A DNA stretch of 63,032 nucleotides, counting the filler, from Reclinomonas americana ATCC 50394 (Eukaryota): NCBI GenBank assembly GCA_048213135.1. It is 21 parts of 21 records of this genome, joined end to end, with 100 filler letters (N's around TTAATTAATTAA, not from the genome) between each part and the next. Parts side by side here need not be neighbours in the genome. Positions count along the whole stretch, not along the records: positions 26,053 to 28,926 come from AFZH01021888.1; positions 29,027 to 35,578 come from AFZH01021889.1; positions 35,679 to 41,146 come from AFZH01021890.1; 18 more parts are not named here. One strand, 5' to 3'. How positions within the stretch are numbered: position 1 is the stretch's first letter; the number at the start of each line of letters is the position of its first letter. The position numbers were made by a program, and so were the translations under genes. The notes beneath the pieces were generated by a model that was given only the letters and a program-made list of their open reading frames with translations, did no database searches and was not told where the DNA came from. Positions 27,159-39,408 of the stretch are shown piece after piece.

Positions 27159-29116
27159 ATGCAACGGCGCCGCGCACACCCCCGCCAACAGCAACCCGAC
27201 CAACAACAACACCAGCGACGACGACGAGCACCACGCGGAGACGACTCAACTTCATCCCCACAACAACAGCAACAACAACAACAACAACAACGTCGACAAG
27301 CGCCACAGCTCTTTGGCCGCGACAACCCCTTCGGCGCCGCCTCCTCCTCCGGTAGCGTCGGCATGGGCGGCACGTCCTCGTCCTCCGCCTCCTCGCACGA
27401 TCAGGAGAGCGAGAAGGAAGGTGAGGAGGCGCGAAATGCATTGCACATCACGAATGATCACTCTCACCTTCTCACTCTGCTCACTCACTTCTCACTCTTC
27501 TCACTCTCTCATGCTCTCATTCATTCACTCTTACACTCAATCACTCACTCGCTGCACACATTCACTCTCTTTCTCACCCACATTTCTCACTGCAATCACT
27601 CACTCACTCACTCGCTGCTCACTCACTTTCACTCTTCTCACTCTCTCACGCACTCACTCACTCACTATCACACTCCTTCCCTCACTCACTGCACACATTC
27701 ACTCTCTTTCTCACTCACATTTCTCACTGCAATCACTCACTTCTCGCTCACTTCTCACTCTTCACTCTCTCACTCACTCACTCTCACGCTCAACCACTCA
27801 CTCACTCACTCACTCACTGCGCACTCTCACTTTTTCTCTCACTATCTTTTCTCACTCTTCTCACTCTCTTTCTCACTCTCTTTCTCTCCTTCCCTTCTCC
27901 TCACTCTCTCTCAGATGCTCCTCGCCCGATGCTCTCTGCCGAGTTCGAGGCACTGGTCTCGGCACTGGCACAGCTGCAGCACGTGGGAGCGGAAATGCAC
28001 ATGGTGAGTGTGTCTGTGCGGAAATACACTGATTGGTGTCGCCTGCAAGGTTCTCCCCGTTCTCATTGCTCCCCTTGGTGTCCTTTTACTCACCCTCCTC
28101 CTGCTTTCCTCCCTGTCTGTCGTTTCCATTGCTTCCTCCTCTCCTTGTCTTCTTAGTGACATTCGCTGCAATGCACAAACGCTCGTTTCACCCCTGTTTG
28201 TCGTCTGTTGCCATCCACCTTGTGTTGTTTTCATTGCCTTCCATTTTCCTGTCTCCATCGCCTCCCTTGTTGCCATTCCACTCGCCGTGCTTCATTCGCT
28301 GCCCCACCTCCCTATACCGTTTCCCACTGTCTTCCGTTTTTCCCTGTTCTCCATCCTGTTTGTCGCCTGCTGCCGTCGTCCTTGTGCTGTTTTCATTGCC
28401 TTCCACTTGCTTGTCTCCTTGGTTGCCATTCCATTCACCTCTCTTCCATATACCGTTTCCCATTGTCTTCCTGTTGCCATCCTCCTTGTGCTGCTTTCAT
28501 TGTCTTCCACTTTCTTGTCTCCTTGGTTGCCATTCCATTCACCTCTCTTCCATATACCGTTTCCCATTGTCTTCCTGTTGCCGTCCTCCGTGTGCTGCTT
28601 TCATTGTCTTCCACATGCTTGTCTCCATTACCTCCTCCTTGGTTGCCGTTCCATTCACCTCTCTCCCCTATACCGTTTCCCACTGTCTTCCACTCTTCCA
28701 TGTTCTCCGCCCTGTTTGTCGCCTGTTGCCATCCTCTGTGTGCTGTGTTCCGTTGCGTCTCCGTTCTCCTTTGCTGCCTCCCACTCGCTTCACATCCCCT
28801 CTTTCCCCTGCAGTCCTCTCTCTCTCTCTCTCTCTCTCTCGCTTCTTCTCTTCGTTCTTCTACTCGTCCCGTCTACGTCCGCTCGTTCGTCCTCCGTCTC
28901 TCGTCGCCGCCCGTCCCCTACCCCTCNNNNNNNNNNNNNNNNNNNNNNNNNNNNNNNNNNNNNNNNNNNNTTAATTAATTAANNNNNNNNNNNNNNNNNN
29001 NNNNNNNNNNNNNNNNNNNNNNNNNNCCTCTGTGTCGTCGTGTTCGTTCGTTCGTCGTCCGTTCCGTTCCTTTCTTTCTCTCGTCCCTCCTCCGTCTCAC
29101 TACCTCCCTTCCCTTC

Positions 29117-29152
<36 letters not shown>

Positions 29153-32100
29153 TTCTCTCTTGTTCCTTCATTGCAGTCCAGTCGCCTGTCCTTCCTCACT
29201 TGCTGCCCGCCCTCCCCTCCCCTCCCCTCCTTCTCCTCCCTCCCCCTCCCCTCCCCCTTCCCCCCTCTACCCCGCAGACCGAATCCGTCATCTCCGACGA
29301 CGCCCTCCGCCTGCTCACCCTCATGATGCGCATTTTCCGCTTCTTTGAGGAGATTGTCGGCGATGTTGCGTGCTGCACACCCACCCCTGACATTGCATTC
29401 GCTTCTCATATCTTGCCACCTCCAGGACGTCAACTACTCGCTGGCGGTGCACGCACTCGGTCAAGTCGGCCCCACCGTCTCCGACATTGAGAAACTAAAA
29501 GCCGACTACGACGCGTCTGTGGAATCGATCGACCTGGTGCTGAATGGCGAAGAAGAAGGAGTGGATGGGCATGACGACGACGACGACGATGCAGTGAGTT
29601 CACCGAGTCCCGCAATCGAGCTGGAGCAGCTGGTTGCCACGCGCGATGTCACGGCCAAGAAACTGGCGGCCTTGATCCACGGTCTGATGATGTCGCTGCC
29701 AGAGTTGGTGCGCGTGCACACCGATCGCGAGCATGAAGTGCGCACGCTGTGGGAGTCTTCGGGGTTGCGTCACCACCCGCCCGTCCGTCTCTGTCCGTGT
29801 CTGCGGTTGCTGACTGCCACCCTCGCAGACTTCTTACCGTGATTGGTGGCGACCTGACCGCGGCTGCTGAATTGGTGGCCGCCACCAAGGGACGCCAGAT
29901 CAGTGTTCCGCCGTCGCCTGGTGCGCTCCTGAACCGCTCTGTATTCATCCACGCTTTACAACCTCACCCTTCTGCTTCACTTCACCACAGACGTGGACAG
30001 CGATTCGATCCCCTCAGAGGAGGAAGGTCTGTCCGTCATTGTGACTCTCTCTACCCACAACTCGGACTCTCACCTTCTCCTCCTCCTCCTTCACAGACAT
30101 GGACGGTCTCGTGCAGCGCATGGGTTCGTGGTTGGAGGTCGCCAATGCACCAAGGCTCAGCCCGCTGCTCGACAGTACGCGTTCCTCGCTCGGTGAAGAT
30201 ATCCGGGTTCTGTTGGTATTTCTCCGTGCATTTCTCTTGCTGATATTCTGCTCTGTGCTGCAGATGAGTGTCTTGCCACGCCGCTCCTGGAAGCGCTGCA
30301 GAATTGCGTCAGCGTGGTGGAAAAAGGGGTTCGTGATTGTTTTACAAAAGGCGAAGGAGTTTTGCGTTTGCTCACCCGTGGAGCGCTTGCAGAACAAGCC
30401 AGGCGCCAGTGCCGATGCATTCCGGAAGCGAGTACGCATGGTGGCCGAGTCCATGGATGTGGTTCGTGTGTGTGAGGGAAGATGGAGCAAGGGAGTGTGT
30501 TCAGTGTTCTCTCTCTTTCCGCCCAACTCCGTCTCCCCCCACTGCGTCTCCCCCCCACTCCGTCTCCCCCCCACTCCGTCTCCCCCCCACTCCGTCTCCT
30601 CCCCACTCCGTCTCCTCCCCCCCCCCCACTTTTGTCTTCCCCTTCCTCATCCCCTCCCACTCTCCCTCTCCCTTTCCTTTCCCTATCCCTCCCTCTCCCT
30701 CGCCCTTTCCCTCGTCCTTTCCTCTCCCTCCCCCTTTCCCTCCCCCTCCCTCTTCCCCTCTCACCCCTTCCCCTTCCCACCTGTCCCCTTTCTGCAGATG
30801 TGGGACCATCTGATCGGCGTCATCCACACACTAAACGCAAGCCTGTCGACGCTGGTGGGAGTCGGCGCGCGTGTCATCTCCATGGTGCAGTACCGACGCC
30901 TCATGGCCAACAAAATGATGGACACGTACAGCCGACTGCAGTCGCAGTTTGCGCACGCCGTCGAGTGTAAGTTTTCGTCTTGTGCAGCCTTTCGAATTCG
31001 TTCTCACCCCTCTCTCTCCTCATCAATCAGGTGTGTCGCGCAAGGAGCGCTTCGTGTCACAACAGGCACAGCAGCGACTGGTGCAGGAGGCCTTCCAGGC
31101 GGGTGAGGCTGCCATGTGTCGTCGCCACGAGTTGGAGATATTGCAGGTAACAGCCTCCCACCGCTCGAGTTTAGATAAACACAATGGATCTCATCCCCTC
31201 TATGCTCGCAGTATCGTGGCGCGAGACGGCAGGTGTTTGGCGACTGATAATCTCTTCCCATTCTGCCTCTCGTTGGGGCTCACTCCGTTTGCCACCCCCA
31301 CAGGTGCTCCGACACGCCGAGCAACGAGCAGCCGATGCCGAAGAGCACTCTCGTTCGCTCCGCCAGCAGATTGTGGCAGAGTTTGCGGCCGCTCGTCTGG
31401 ATGAAATCGAGGTGCGCTGCCCACACGTCACTGCTGTCATCTCATTGCTGCCGTCTCACGCAGCCGGTGCGCGCAGTCGGTGTGTCCAGAGATTCGCCAG
31501 TTGTTGCGACTGGAGAGCAGCATTGGGCTGCGATTACCGCACGCGGCCGGTCTCAACTTGAGTGGACGGCTCCCCGCAGCTCTCCTCAATTCGCCGCTCT
31601 TTAGCACTCGTGGACTGGTGTGGTCGACGTCTTGTGCATTACCCCTCTTCTTCTCATTACTGATTGTCGCCGTGCAGGCCGAATACAACGACGTCAAGTT
31701 GATGGGCACGCGGACCTACCAGGCCACCTATCGTGGATATCCGTGCGTGCTCAAGTCGTTCTCGGTGCTGGGCGACCGCGAGTTGGAGGCGTTTACCAAC
31801 GAAGTCTGGTGAGTGCCAACTCTCTTGCGTTGTTTGCTTGTGTCTCGTTCCTCAACCAACTGTTCCACCCCCCGCAGGCTCCTCTCGCAACTCCATCACC
31901 ACGCCATCCAGCAGGTCACGTGCTTCTTTGTCGAAGGCCACAACCTCTTCTTCGAGTCGCCCTTGTACACTGGAGGCACCCTGCGCACGTGGTTGAAGGT
32001 TTGTATGTGCACGCGCCTTGTTGATTTTCGCCCCTCTTACCACCTGTCGCGCAGACCCCGCGCAAGAGCGATGAGATTCGCGCCGCATTCCGGCAGGTGG

Positions 32101-34548
32101 TGGAGGGCCTCGAGTTTTTGCACCAGAACGGCGTGGTACACGGCGGCCTCTCCCTCGACAATGTGGTGATGGAAGATGACGGGCGCGCCAAGATTGTCGA
32201 CTTTGACGTCAGTGTGCATCGCCATCACAGCCTGGTCATGGCCGGTCGACTGTCGGAGAAAGCTCGTGAGTCACCTTGTAATAGATTGGGCGTTCATTTG
32301 TCGCTCACTGTGCTCGTGCAGTGCGTACCAAGTACGCTGGCGACGACGTGCCGCCCGAGTTGATGACTGTCTCGTCGCCTGACGATTTTGAGCCGACTCC
32401 CGCCACCGATATGTGGTGCTGGGGCGTCATGCTGTACGCGGCTGTGACACAGAATCGCGGCCGACTGTTCCTCGACGCCGACGGCACGCTCAACATTCTC
32501 GCATCACCGCTGCAAAATGAGCACCTCGACCATGACGTGCGTACCTCCCATCTCCTTTCCATCGAATTTCACTTACCTCCTTCGTTGTTGTTGCAGGTGT
32601 TGTCGGTGCTCCGTCGCGTGCTAGTTCCCGATCCCGCGGCACGCGCTGACGCAGCATCGATCTCGGTGGCGCCGTATTTTTTGCGCTCAGTGGAGCGTCG
32701 CTTGGAGCAGGAGGGCGTGCTCACGCCGCAGGATGTCAAGATCGATCTGGCCAAGGTGAGTGAATACACTGTCGCGGACCGGACGATATCCGCTCGCTTA
32801 TTGCGCTCTGCTGTATGCAGGACGCGATTTTGCGTGGTGTTGCTCTCGTGATCTCGGAGACGTGGTCGGTCACCGTCGACCGGCAGCAGAGTTGCGACCG
32901 TCAGTGGGGAGGGATGATGATGTGACTTGCTCAGCTCTCGCTCACATGAACGCCTCAGTTGTAAACTCATTTGTGGCTGCCGCCGGAAGTGCTTGTTGCG
33001 CTCGAGTGGCTGTTGATTCTCGTGTTTCTTGTTGTATACTAATGGGACCTGGTGTTGCGACTCTGCAGCGGATCGTCAGTGGGCCAGCCGTCTCAGCGTC
33101 AGTTTTACGGGCGAGGAGGGTGTCGATGGAGGTTGGCATCTGTGTGCATGTGTCCTGATTCCGGTGTCTTACCTTTGCGTTGCGGCAGGCGCTCTCACCA
33201 CCTCGCTTTACATGTCGTTTTTCGAGAGCCTGACATCACATTCGGCGTTCTCTGCGCCGACCAACGCCTGCTGTGTGCCCATCACCAAGCCCAATCTGAG
33301 CGGGGCGGAGGTGACCTGCTACGAGGTGCGTGACGGGTGGCGCAGTTCGTATTGTCTCTGTGTTGGGACCATCTTGTTCAACTCGATGCTCCTTAGTGCG
33401 TTGGTCGCATGCTCGGCCGATCGCTTGTTGACCGGCGACTGGTTCCCGCGCATGTGTTCTCGCAAGGTTTGTGTGAATATGCCAGCGCATGCCTGCGTAG
33501 AGTCTCACTGACTCTCACCGACACAGTCGTGTTTCGGTACTTGTTGACGCCCGAGGGCCGCTCCACTCACGTCTCCTTTTCCGATCTGGAGGCACACGAT
33601 CCCGCCATGGCGCGTGCGCTCTCCGCCACGCTGGCCAACGATGTCACCGACTGGGCTCTCGATTTCTCCGATCTCGGTTTGCGCTCCTCGTGTGTCTTTT
33701 GTTTTTCTTCTCTTGCTCACTCCCGCTCAGGCGATGCCGAGCGGCCGGTCACGAATGCCAATAAGGCCGAGTACATTGAGCGCAAGACTCGCTGGGTGCT
33801 GATGGATGGTTGCCGTCCGGGACTCAATGCTATTCGTCGCGGCTTCTGGTGGATGGTCGACAAGTTCAGGTGTGGCGACGGAGAACCAATCCACCCCCCT
33901 CCCTTGTCTTCTTGTTCACCCTCTCTGTTTCTCGCGGCGAGCAGGCTCACCAACGACCTAAAAGTGCTCAATCCGCTCGACCTCCAACTGGTGCTGTGCG
34001 GCAGACGCACCGTGTCAGCCGAGGATTTCCTCTCGCACTGCCGCTTCCAGGGCTTCTCCAATGCCGCAGAGCGTGCGTTCCGCCAGGTGGTGACCGCGTG
34101 GGGTGTGGAGTCGCCGGACCGCATTGTCAAGCTGCTGACGTTTATCACTGGTCTGCCGTCGTTGCCGTCGTTTGGGCCGGTGACGGTGAGGGGTCTTGGG
34201 TATGAAGGGAGTTGCGTGGGAAGAGGGGAAGGGGGGATGGGGGGAAGAGAGGGGAGGGAGGGGAGGGAGGGACAGGGGGGAGTGTGGAAGAGAGGGGAGA
34301 GGAAGTACAGCAAGAGGAAGAGAGCGGAGGGAAAGGAAAAGTTCGTATGCGGGAGACATGGGCTCGTTCAGGAGAGCAAAGGAAGTGGGCGATACATATG
34401 TTGTGACCAGGGAAAGGGATTGCAGCACGCTATGTTGTTGTTGGTATCCTGCTGAGAGAGATAGTGCATGTGAGAGACCAGTGATTGTAGCACACGACAG
34501 AGACGATCAGAAGCACAGCTGTTTCTGAGAATCGCTCTCTCTGAAAGT

Positions 34549-34589
<41 letters not shown>

Positions 34590-35211
34590 CTCATTCCCCA
34601 CTTCCCTTTCCCCCTTTCACAAGAGAAGAGACTTCGGCTTTGCAGCCTCGTCTCTTCCGCAGTTGTAAGAGGGGCGGATGATCGCAGAGCACCAGAATCG
34701 TGCTCAAGATGCACGCGCGCACGCTCTCTCAGTCAATTGTGTGTGACATTTCGCTCTTGTCTCTGCGCTTTGTGTTTGTGCGCTGGTGGTGCTGTTGGGA
34801 GAGTGCGTGTGTGTCCGCGCCACTGCTGCGGACACTGAGACATACTATAATCGTTGTCGTGCACGAGCTCAGCTCACATTTTTCTACGAAGTTGCTGACG
34901 TCTTGCATTCCCACAGTCACCATTGCCGCTGGCGAACAACGCGATGCTTTGGCAGTGGCGCATGTGCGTTGCATTTCCTTGTTCTTCTCCTTCATTTCCT
35001 ACTCTCTCATATAGTCACTCGCGCAGGTGTGCGTCCTTCGCCTGGACTTGTATCCGCACACGGATGTGGCCGTCATGCGCCGAACGTGAGTGCAGCTCGC
35101 GTCGCTTACACAGTGCACGGCGTCAGTTGACTTACCGTACATCTCTGTCGGTGCAGACTGGACACGACGGTGGACCTCACCGCCGGCGACAGTAGCTTCT
35201 GGCTTCGCTAA
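27159..35211 (+). CDS. Large multi-exon protein: helical/coiled-coil N-terminus, protein-kinase-like (pseudokinase) domain, C-terminal HECT E3 ubiquitin ligase
   Basis: Kinase exons ~31678-32755: CVLKSF, HGGLSLDNVV, KIVDFD, VPPEL, TDMWCWGV. HECT exons ~33070-35211: VSFTGEEGVDGG, DLEAHDPAMA, VTNANKAEYI, DLQLVLCG, LLTFITG, AH|VCVLRLDL, ...SSFWLR*. Joining of the 27159-28005 exons across the linker is inferred. Confidence 0.8.
27460..27912 (+). repeat. Degenerate (CTCA)n intronic satellite
   Basis: About 450 bp of ctca/cactt variants between exons, ending at a tctcag acceptor. Confidence 0.85.
28190..28740 (+). repeat. Intronic minisatellite, ~104-140-bp unit, ~4-5 degenerate copies
   Basis: Recurrent ttgccattccattcacctctcttccatataccgtttcccattgtcttcc. 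Confidence 0.8.
30526..30620 (+). repeat. ~17-bp tandem repeat (ccactccgtctcccccc)n in an intron
   Basis: About 5 adjacent copies read directly. Confidence 0.8.
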
Positions 35212-36166
35212 CTTATCGCTTTTATTGTCAGGCAACTTGTTAAGACACACACAATGCAGTGATCGCCAAGAAGCTGTTGGGATCGTGCGAGTGGGAGAGA
35301 GGGAGGGAGTTGTCAGCTGAAGGTAGACGCGTGTGGCGCACATGGTGGCTTCCTTCTTCTTCCTTCTTGCTTCTTCCCTCTGCGCTCACTCTCCCCCCTC
35401 TCTCACTTCTCCCTATCTCTCTCCCACTTTTCTCTCTCCATCTGTGTGTCGCATGTTCCAAGCAAGCGATTGCAAAACATTGACTTCCAGATTTCGAATT
35501 GCAATCGATTTCTTTCCTTTCCTTTCCCTCTTTCTTCCTTCTTGCCTCCCCTCTCTGCACTTACACTCTCCCTCACCANNNNNNNNNNNNNNNNNNNNNN
35601 NNNNNNNNNNNNNNNNNNNNNNTTAATTAATTAANNNNNNNNNNNNNNNNNNNNNNNNNNNNNNNNNNNNNNNNNNNNAGAGAGAGAGAGAGAGGCAGAG
35701 GGAAGGAAGAGGATGAGAGGCGTGCGAGCGATCGCCCACCCTCCGATATCTCGCTGCTGGGTGTTTCACACACACACACACACACACACGCACACACACA
35801 CACACGCACGCACACACATACATACACTTGCACACAAAGTGAGAGAGAGAGAGACGAGAGGCAAGGAGAGTGGAGAGCCTTGAGATCGATGGCACTCTCC
35901 GATATCCCCTAACTGCTGAGACTCACACACTCGACTTTCAGTCTCAGTGTCGCAGCCCCACACACGCACAGGGAGAGAAAGAGAGACACGCGGAAGGAAG
36001 AGAAGCTTGAGCAGTCGAACATACTTGCCGATATGTCACGAGATTGTAAGCGGACATCTCTCTCCCTTCCTCTCCCTCACTTCATCCCTTTCTCTCTCCC
36101 TTCCGGCTCTCCGTCCGCTATTGTTACTGGTTGTGTGCCGGCATCTCATGCTGTTGCTTCTCACAG

Positions 36167-39100
36167 AAAACACTCGACGGCAAATCGAAGAGGGTCTCTT
36201 TGTCGACGAGCCGCCTCCGGCCTCGGTCAAGGAGCTCATGTGGACGCTGGAGGAGCAGGGCGTGTCGCTGAGTGTGCCGATGGACGCGTTTCGACCGATT
36301 GTGCCGCCGCCGTTGAGCACGCATCACGAGGAGGGTCGGTGGGGCAGTTCAGAACCGCCGCGACGCGATCGGCGATCGGCGGAGCGACTAAAGGCGATGA
36401 GGATGGAGGTGGAGGAGCTGCGTGCGTCGACGCTCAAGTGCTACATTATGGAGTTGGAGGACTGGGCGGCGCGACTGAAGCGAATCGCCGCGCCGTTGAA
36501 GCGCGCGCTCGCCGATGCAGGTCAGTGTGTGACTCAATGTGCGATGTGTCTGAGGCTCACAGGCTTGCTGATTCCCACTTGCAGAGCGCGACTATGAACT
36601 GGCTGTGCTGCACCGGCGACAGGAGCGCATTGCGCAACGCACGACTCGCATGCACATGATGTCGACGTCGGCATCGATGCTGTCGCGACCGCATCCTGTT
36701 GGTGGTTTCGCCACCAAGCTGCGCAGCGTGGTGCAGCAGTCGTCGGCACCCACCTCTGTGTCTCGACACGGCCGCAACTCGTCGCCTGTGTCGCGTGTGT
36801 CCTCGGCCGCCGGAGGAGGCCAGCGACCGTACAGTGCCGGCGACGCCATGCACGGTTTGTTTTCACGCAGCGGTGTCGCTCTGCACGTACTCGGCGCTTA
36901 TTCATTTTGTTTGCGTGCTTCCATCAGCTGCCGCGCCTGCATCGACAACAGTGACTGGTGTGTTATGCATTCTGTCATGCTTTCTTCAGCAGTGCTTTTC
37001 TCAACGCTTGTACAGGCACAGGAAAGCGATCTACGCGTGTCAAGTTGGGCCCGGGTGCACGACCGTGGAATCCGCAGACGCGTCTGCCCTCGGTATGTTC
37101 ACTGGGTGATAATCGCAGCCGCAGGATGTCCTTGCTCACGACGTTGTGCACAGGTGGACAGTGCAACCGCCAAGCCTGCACCTGCACCCGCTCCGGCAGC
37201 TCGACGACTGCCACCAACCAGATCCGCCGAGATAGACAACGGGCGGTCAACGTCTCAGCCACCGCCGTCACGTGGGCGCGTCAATTTTATCAGCGGCGGT
37301 GGTGGCAGCCATCAGGTGACTGCCGGCGGTCGGCCACCACTTGCACCAACAGCTGCACGCACTGCGCACAGTGCAGTGACGCGAGGCGAGTCGGAGGCAG
37401 ATGACGTGCTCATTCAACCGGACAGCGACGACACAATGGAGAAGAAGCACTTGTTTTCACCGGCAAGTCGATCGCCTTCGGAAGCGCTGTCGCCCTCGAT
37501 TGCGGCGTCGTCGCCAGCTGGCGCTCATGGTGGGTTGTTATCGCCGGCGGCAGAGAAGCCGTCGGCTGCTCCTCTGGCAGCACTGGCTTCCTCCGAAGTG
37601 GCCTCGCCTTCAGCCGCCTCACTAGCACAATCGGCTTTGATGTCGCCACCACCGCAGCACCCGCCGTCAGCGTCAGCTGGATCGATGCTGATGTCACCGA
37701 CGGCAGAGAGGCCATCAGCTGCTCCTCTGGCAGCTCTGGCTTCCTCTGAAGTGGCGTCGCCATCCGCTGCGTCGCCTGCTCAATCAGCACTTATGTCACC
37801 ACCACCGCAGCACCAACCATCAGCGTCCGCTGGATCAACACTGATGTCGCCGACGGCAGAGAGACCGTCAGTTGCTCCTCCGGCCGCTCTGGCTTCCTCT
37901 GAAGTGGCATCGCCCTCTGCTGCCTCGCCTGCCCAGTCGGCATTGATGTCACCTCCACCGCAGCACCCCACATCGGCTTCAGCAGGATCATTGATGTCAC
38001 CGACGGCAGAGAGACCGTCAGCTGCGCCACTTGCAGCTTTGGCTTCCTCCGAGGTGGCCTCGCCTTCAGCCGCGTCGCCAGCTCAGTCGGCTCTGATGTC
38101 GCCTCCACCACAGCACCCTACGTCAGCGTCAGCTGGATCGACGCTAATGTCGCCGACGGCAGAGAGGCCGTCGGCTGCTCCACTTACAGCACTGGCTTCC
38201 TCCGAGGTGGCATCGCCCTCTGCCGCCTCGCCTGCCCAGTCGGCATTGATGTCACCGCCACCGCAGCACCCACCGTCAGCGTCAGCTGGATCAGCGCTGA
38301 TGTCACCAATGGCAGAGAGACCATCAGCTGCTCCTCTCGCAGCTCTGGCCTCGTCGGAAGTGGCGTCGCCATCCGCTGCGTCGCCAGCACAATCGGCTTT
38401 GATGTCGCCACCACCGCAACATCCACCGTCAGCATCAGCAGGCTCGACGCTAATGTCGCCGACGGCAGAGAGACCGTCAGCTGCGCCACTTGCAGCTTTG
38501 GCTTCCTCCGAGGTGGCATCACCCTCTGCAGCCTCGCCGGCTCAATCAGCACTGATGTCGCCACCACCGCAGCACCCCACATCGGCTTCAGCAGGATCGT
38601 TGATGTCACCGACGGCAGAGAGACCATCAGCTGCGCCACTTGCAGCTTTGGCTTCCTCTGAAGTGGCCTCGCCTTCAGCAGCCTCGCCTGCTCAATCAGC
38701 ATTGATGTCACCACCACCGCAGCACCCGCCGTCAGCGTCAGCTGGATCGACGCTGATGTCACCGACGGCAGAGAGACCATCAGCTGCGCCACTGGCAGCA
38801 CTGGCTTCCTCAGAAGTGGCATCGCCCTCTGCCGCCTCGCCAGCCCAGTCGGCGATGATGTCACCTCCACCGCAGCACCCACCATCAGCGTTGGCGGGAT
38901 CATTGATGTCACCGACGGCAGAGAGGCCATCGGCTGCTCCACTCGCAGCACTGGCTTCCTCTGAAGTGGCGTCGCCATCTGCTGCGTCGCCAGCTCAATC
39001 TGCATTGCTGTCGCCACCACCGCAGCACCCACCATCAGCGTCAGCAGGATCATTGATGTCACCGACGGCAGAGAAACCATCAGCTGCTCCACTGGCAGCT

Positions 39101-39208
39101 TTGGCGTCTTCGGAGGTGGCTTCACCCTCTGCTGCCTCGCCAGCCCAGTCGGCATTGCTGTCGCCGCCACCCACTCAGCATCACGGCGAGCCAGTCTCGG
39201 CGACCTAA
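36167..39208 (+). CDS. Multi-exon protein with coiled-coil N-terminus and C-terminal Ser/Pro/Ala tandem repeats
   Basis: Exons bounded by ag|...|gt; long open terminal exon ending in TAA at 39206-39208; 5' end uncertain. Confidence 0.7.
37535..39175 (+). repeat. Coding tandem repeat, 11 x 150-153 bp (50-51 aa)
   Basis: Unit LMSPTAERPSAAPLAALASSEVASPSAASPAQSALMSPPPQHPPSASAGS(T). Confidence 0.97.
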
Positions 39209-39408
39209 ATTTGTGTCGCCGTCTGTTTGGACTGTTGGTCGCCAACGCGACAGTCGTCCATTGCCAAGGAACATATAGAGTCAGTCACCTAAAAGAAAGA
39301 GATGTCTACATTTTGTTTTGCTTTTCCTGCTGTTAAATGAAGGTAGCTGTGCGATTTGTTGACCACAGAGAGAGGGTACGCAGGAGAGGCGCGCGCACAC
39401 ACACCCGT

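Noticed and set aside
26877..28982. Long His/Ser/Leu-rich and hydrophobic ORFs
   Set aside because: Translations of (CTCA)n and pyrimidine-rich intronic repeats.
37535..39175. Tandem array as CRISPR, or antisense ORFs (e.g. 38184-39245) as genes
   Set aside because: There are no unique spacers. Variation is synonymous in the + frame, and the antisense frames are shadows of the repeat.
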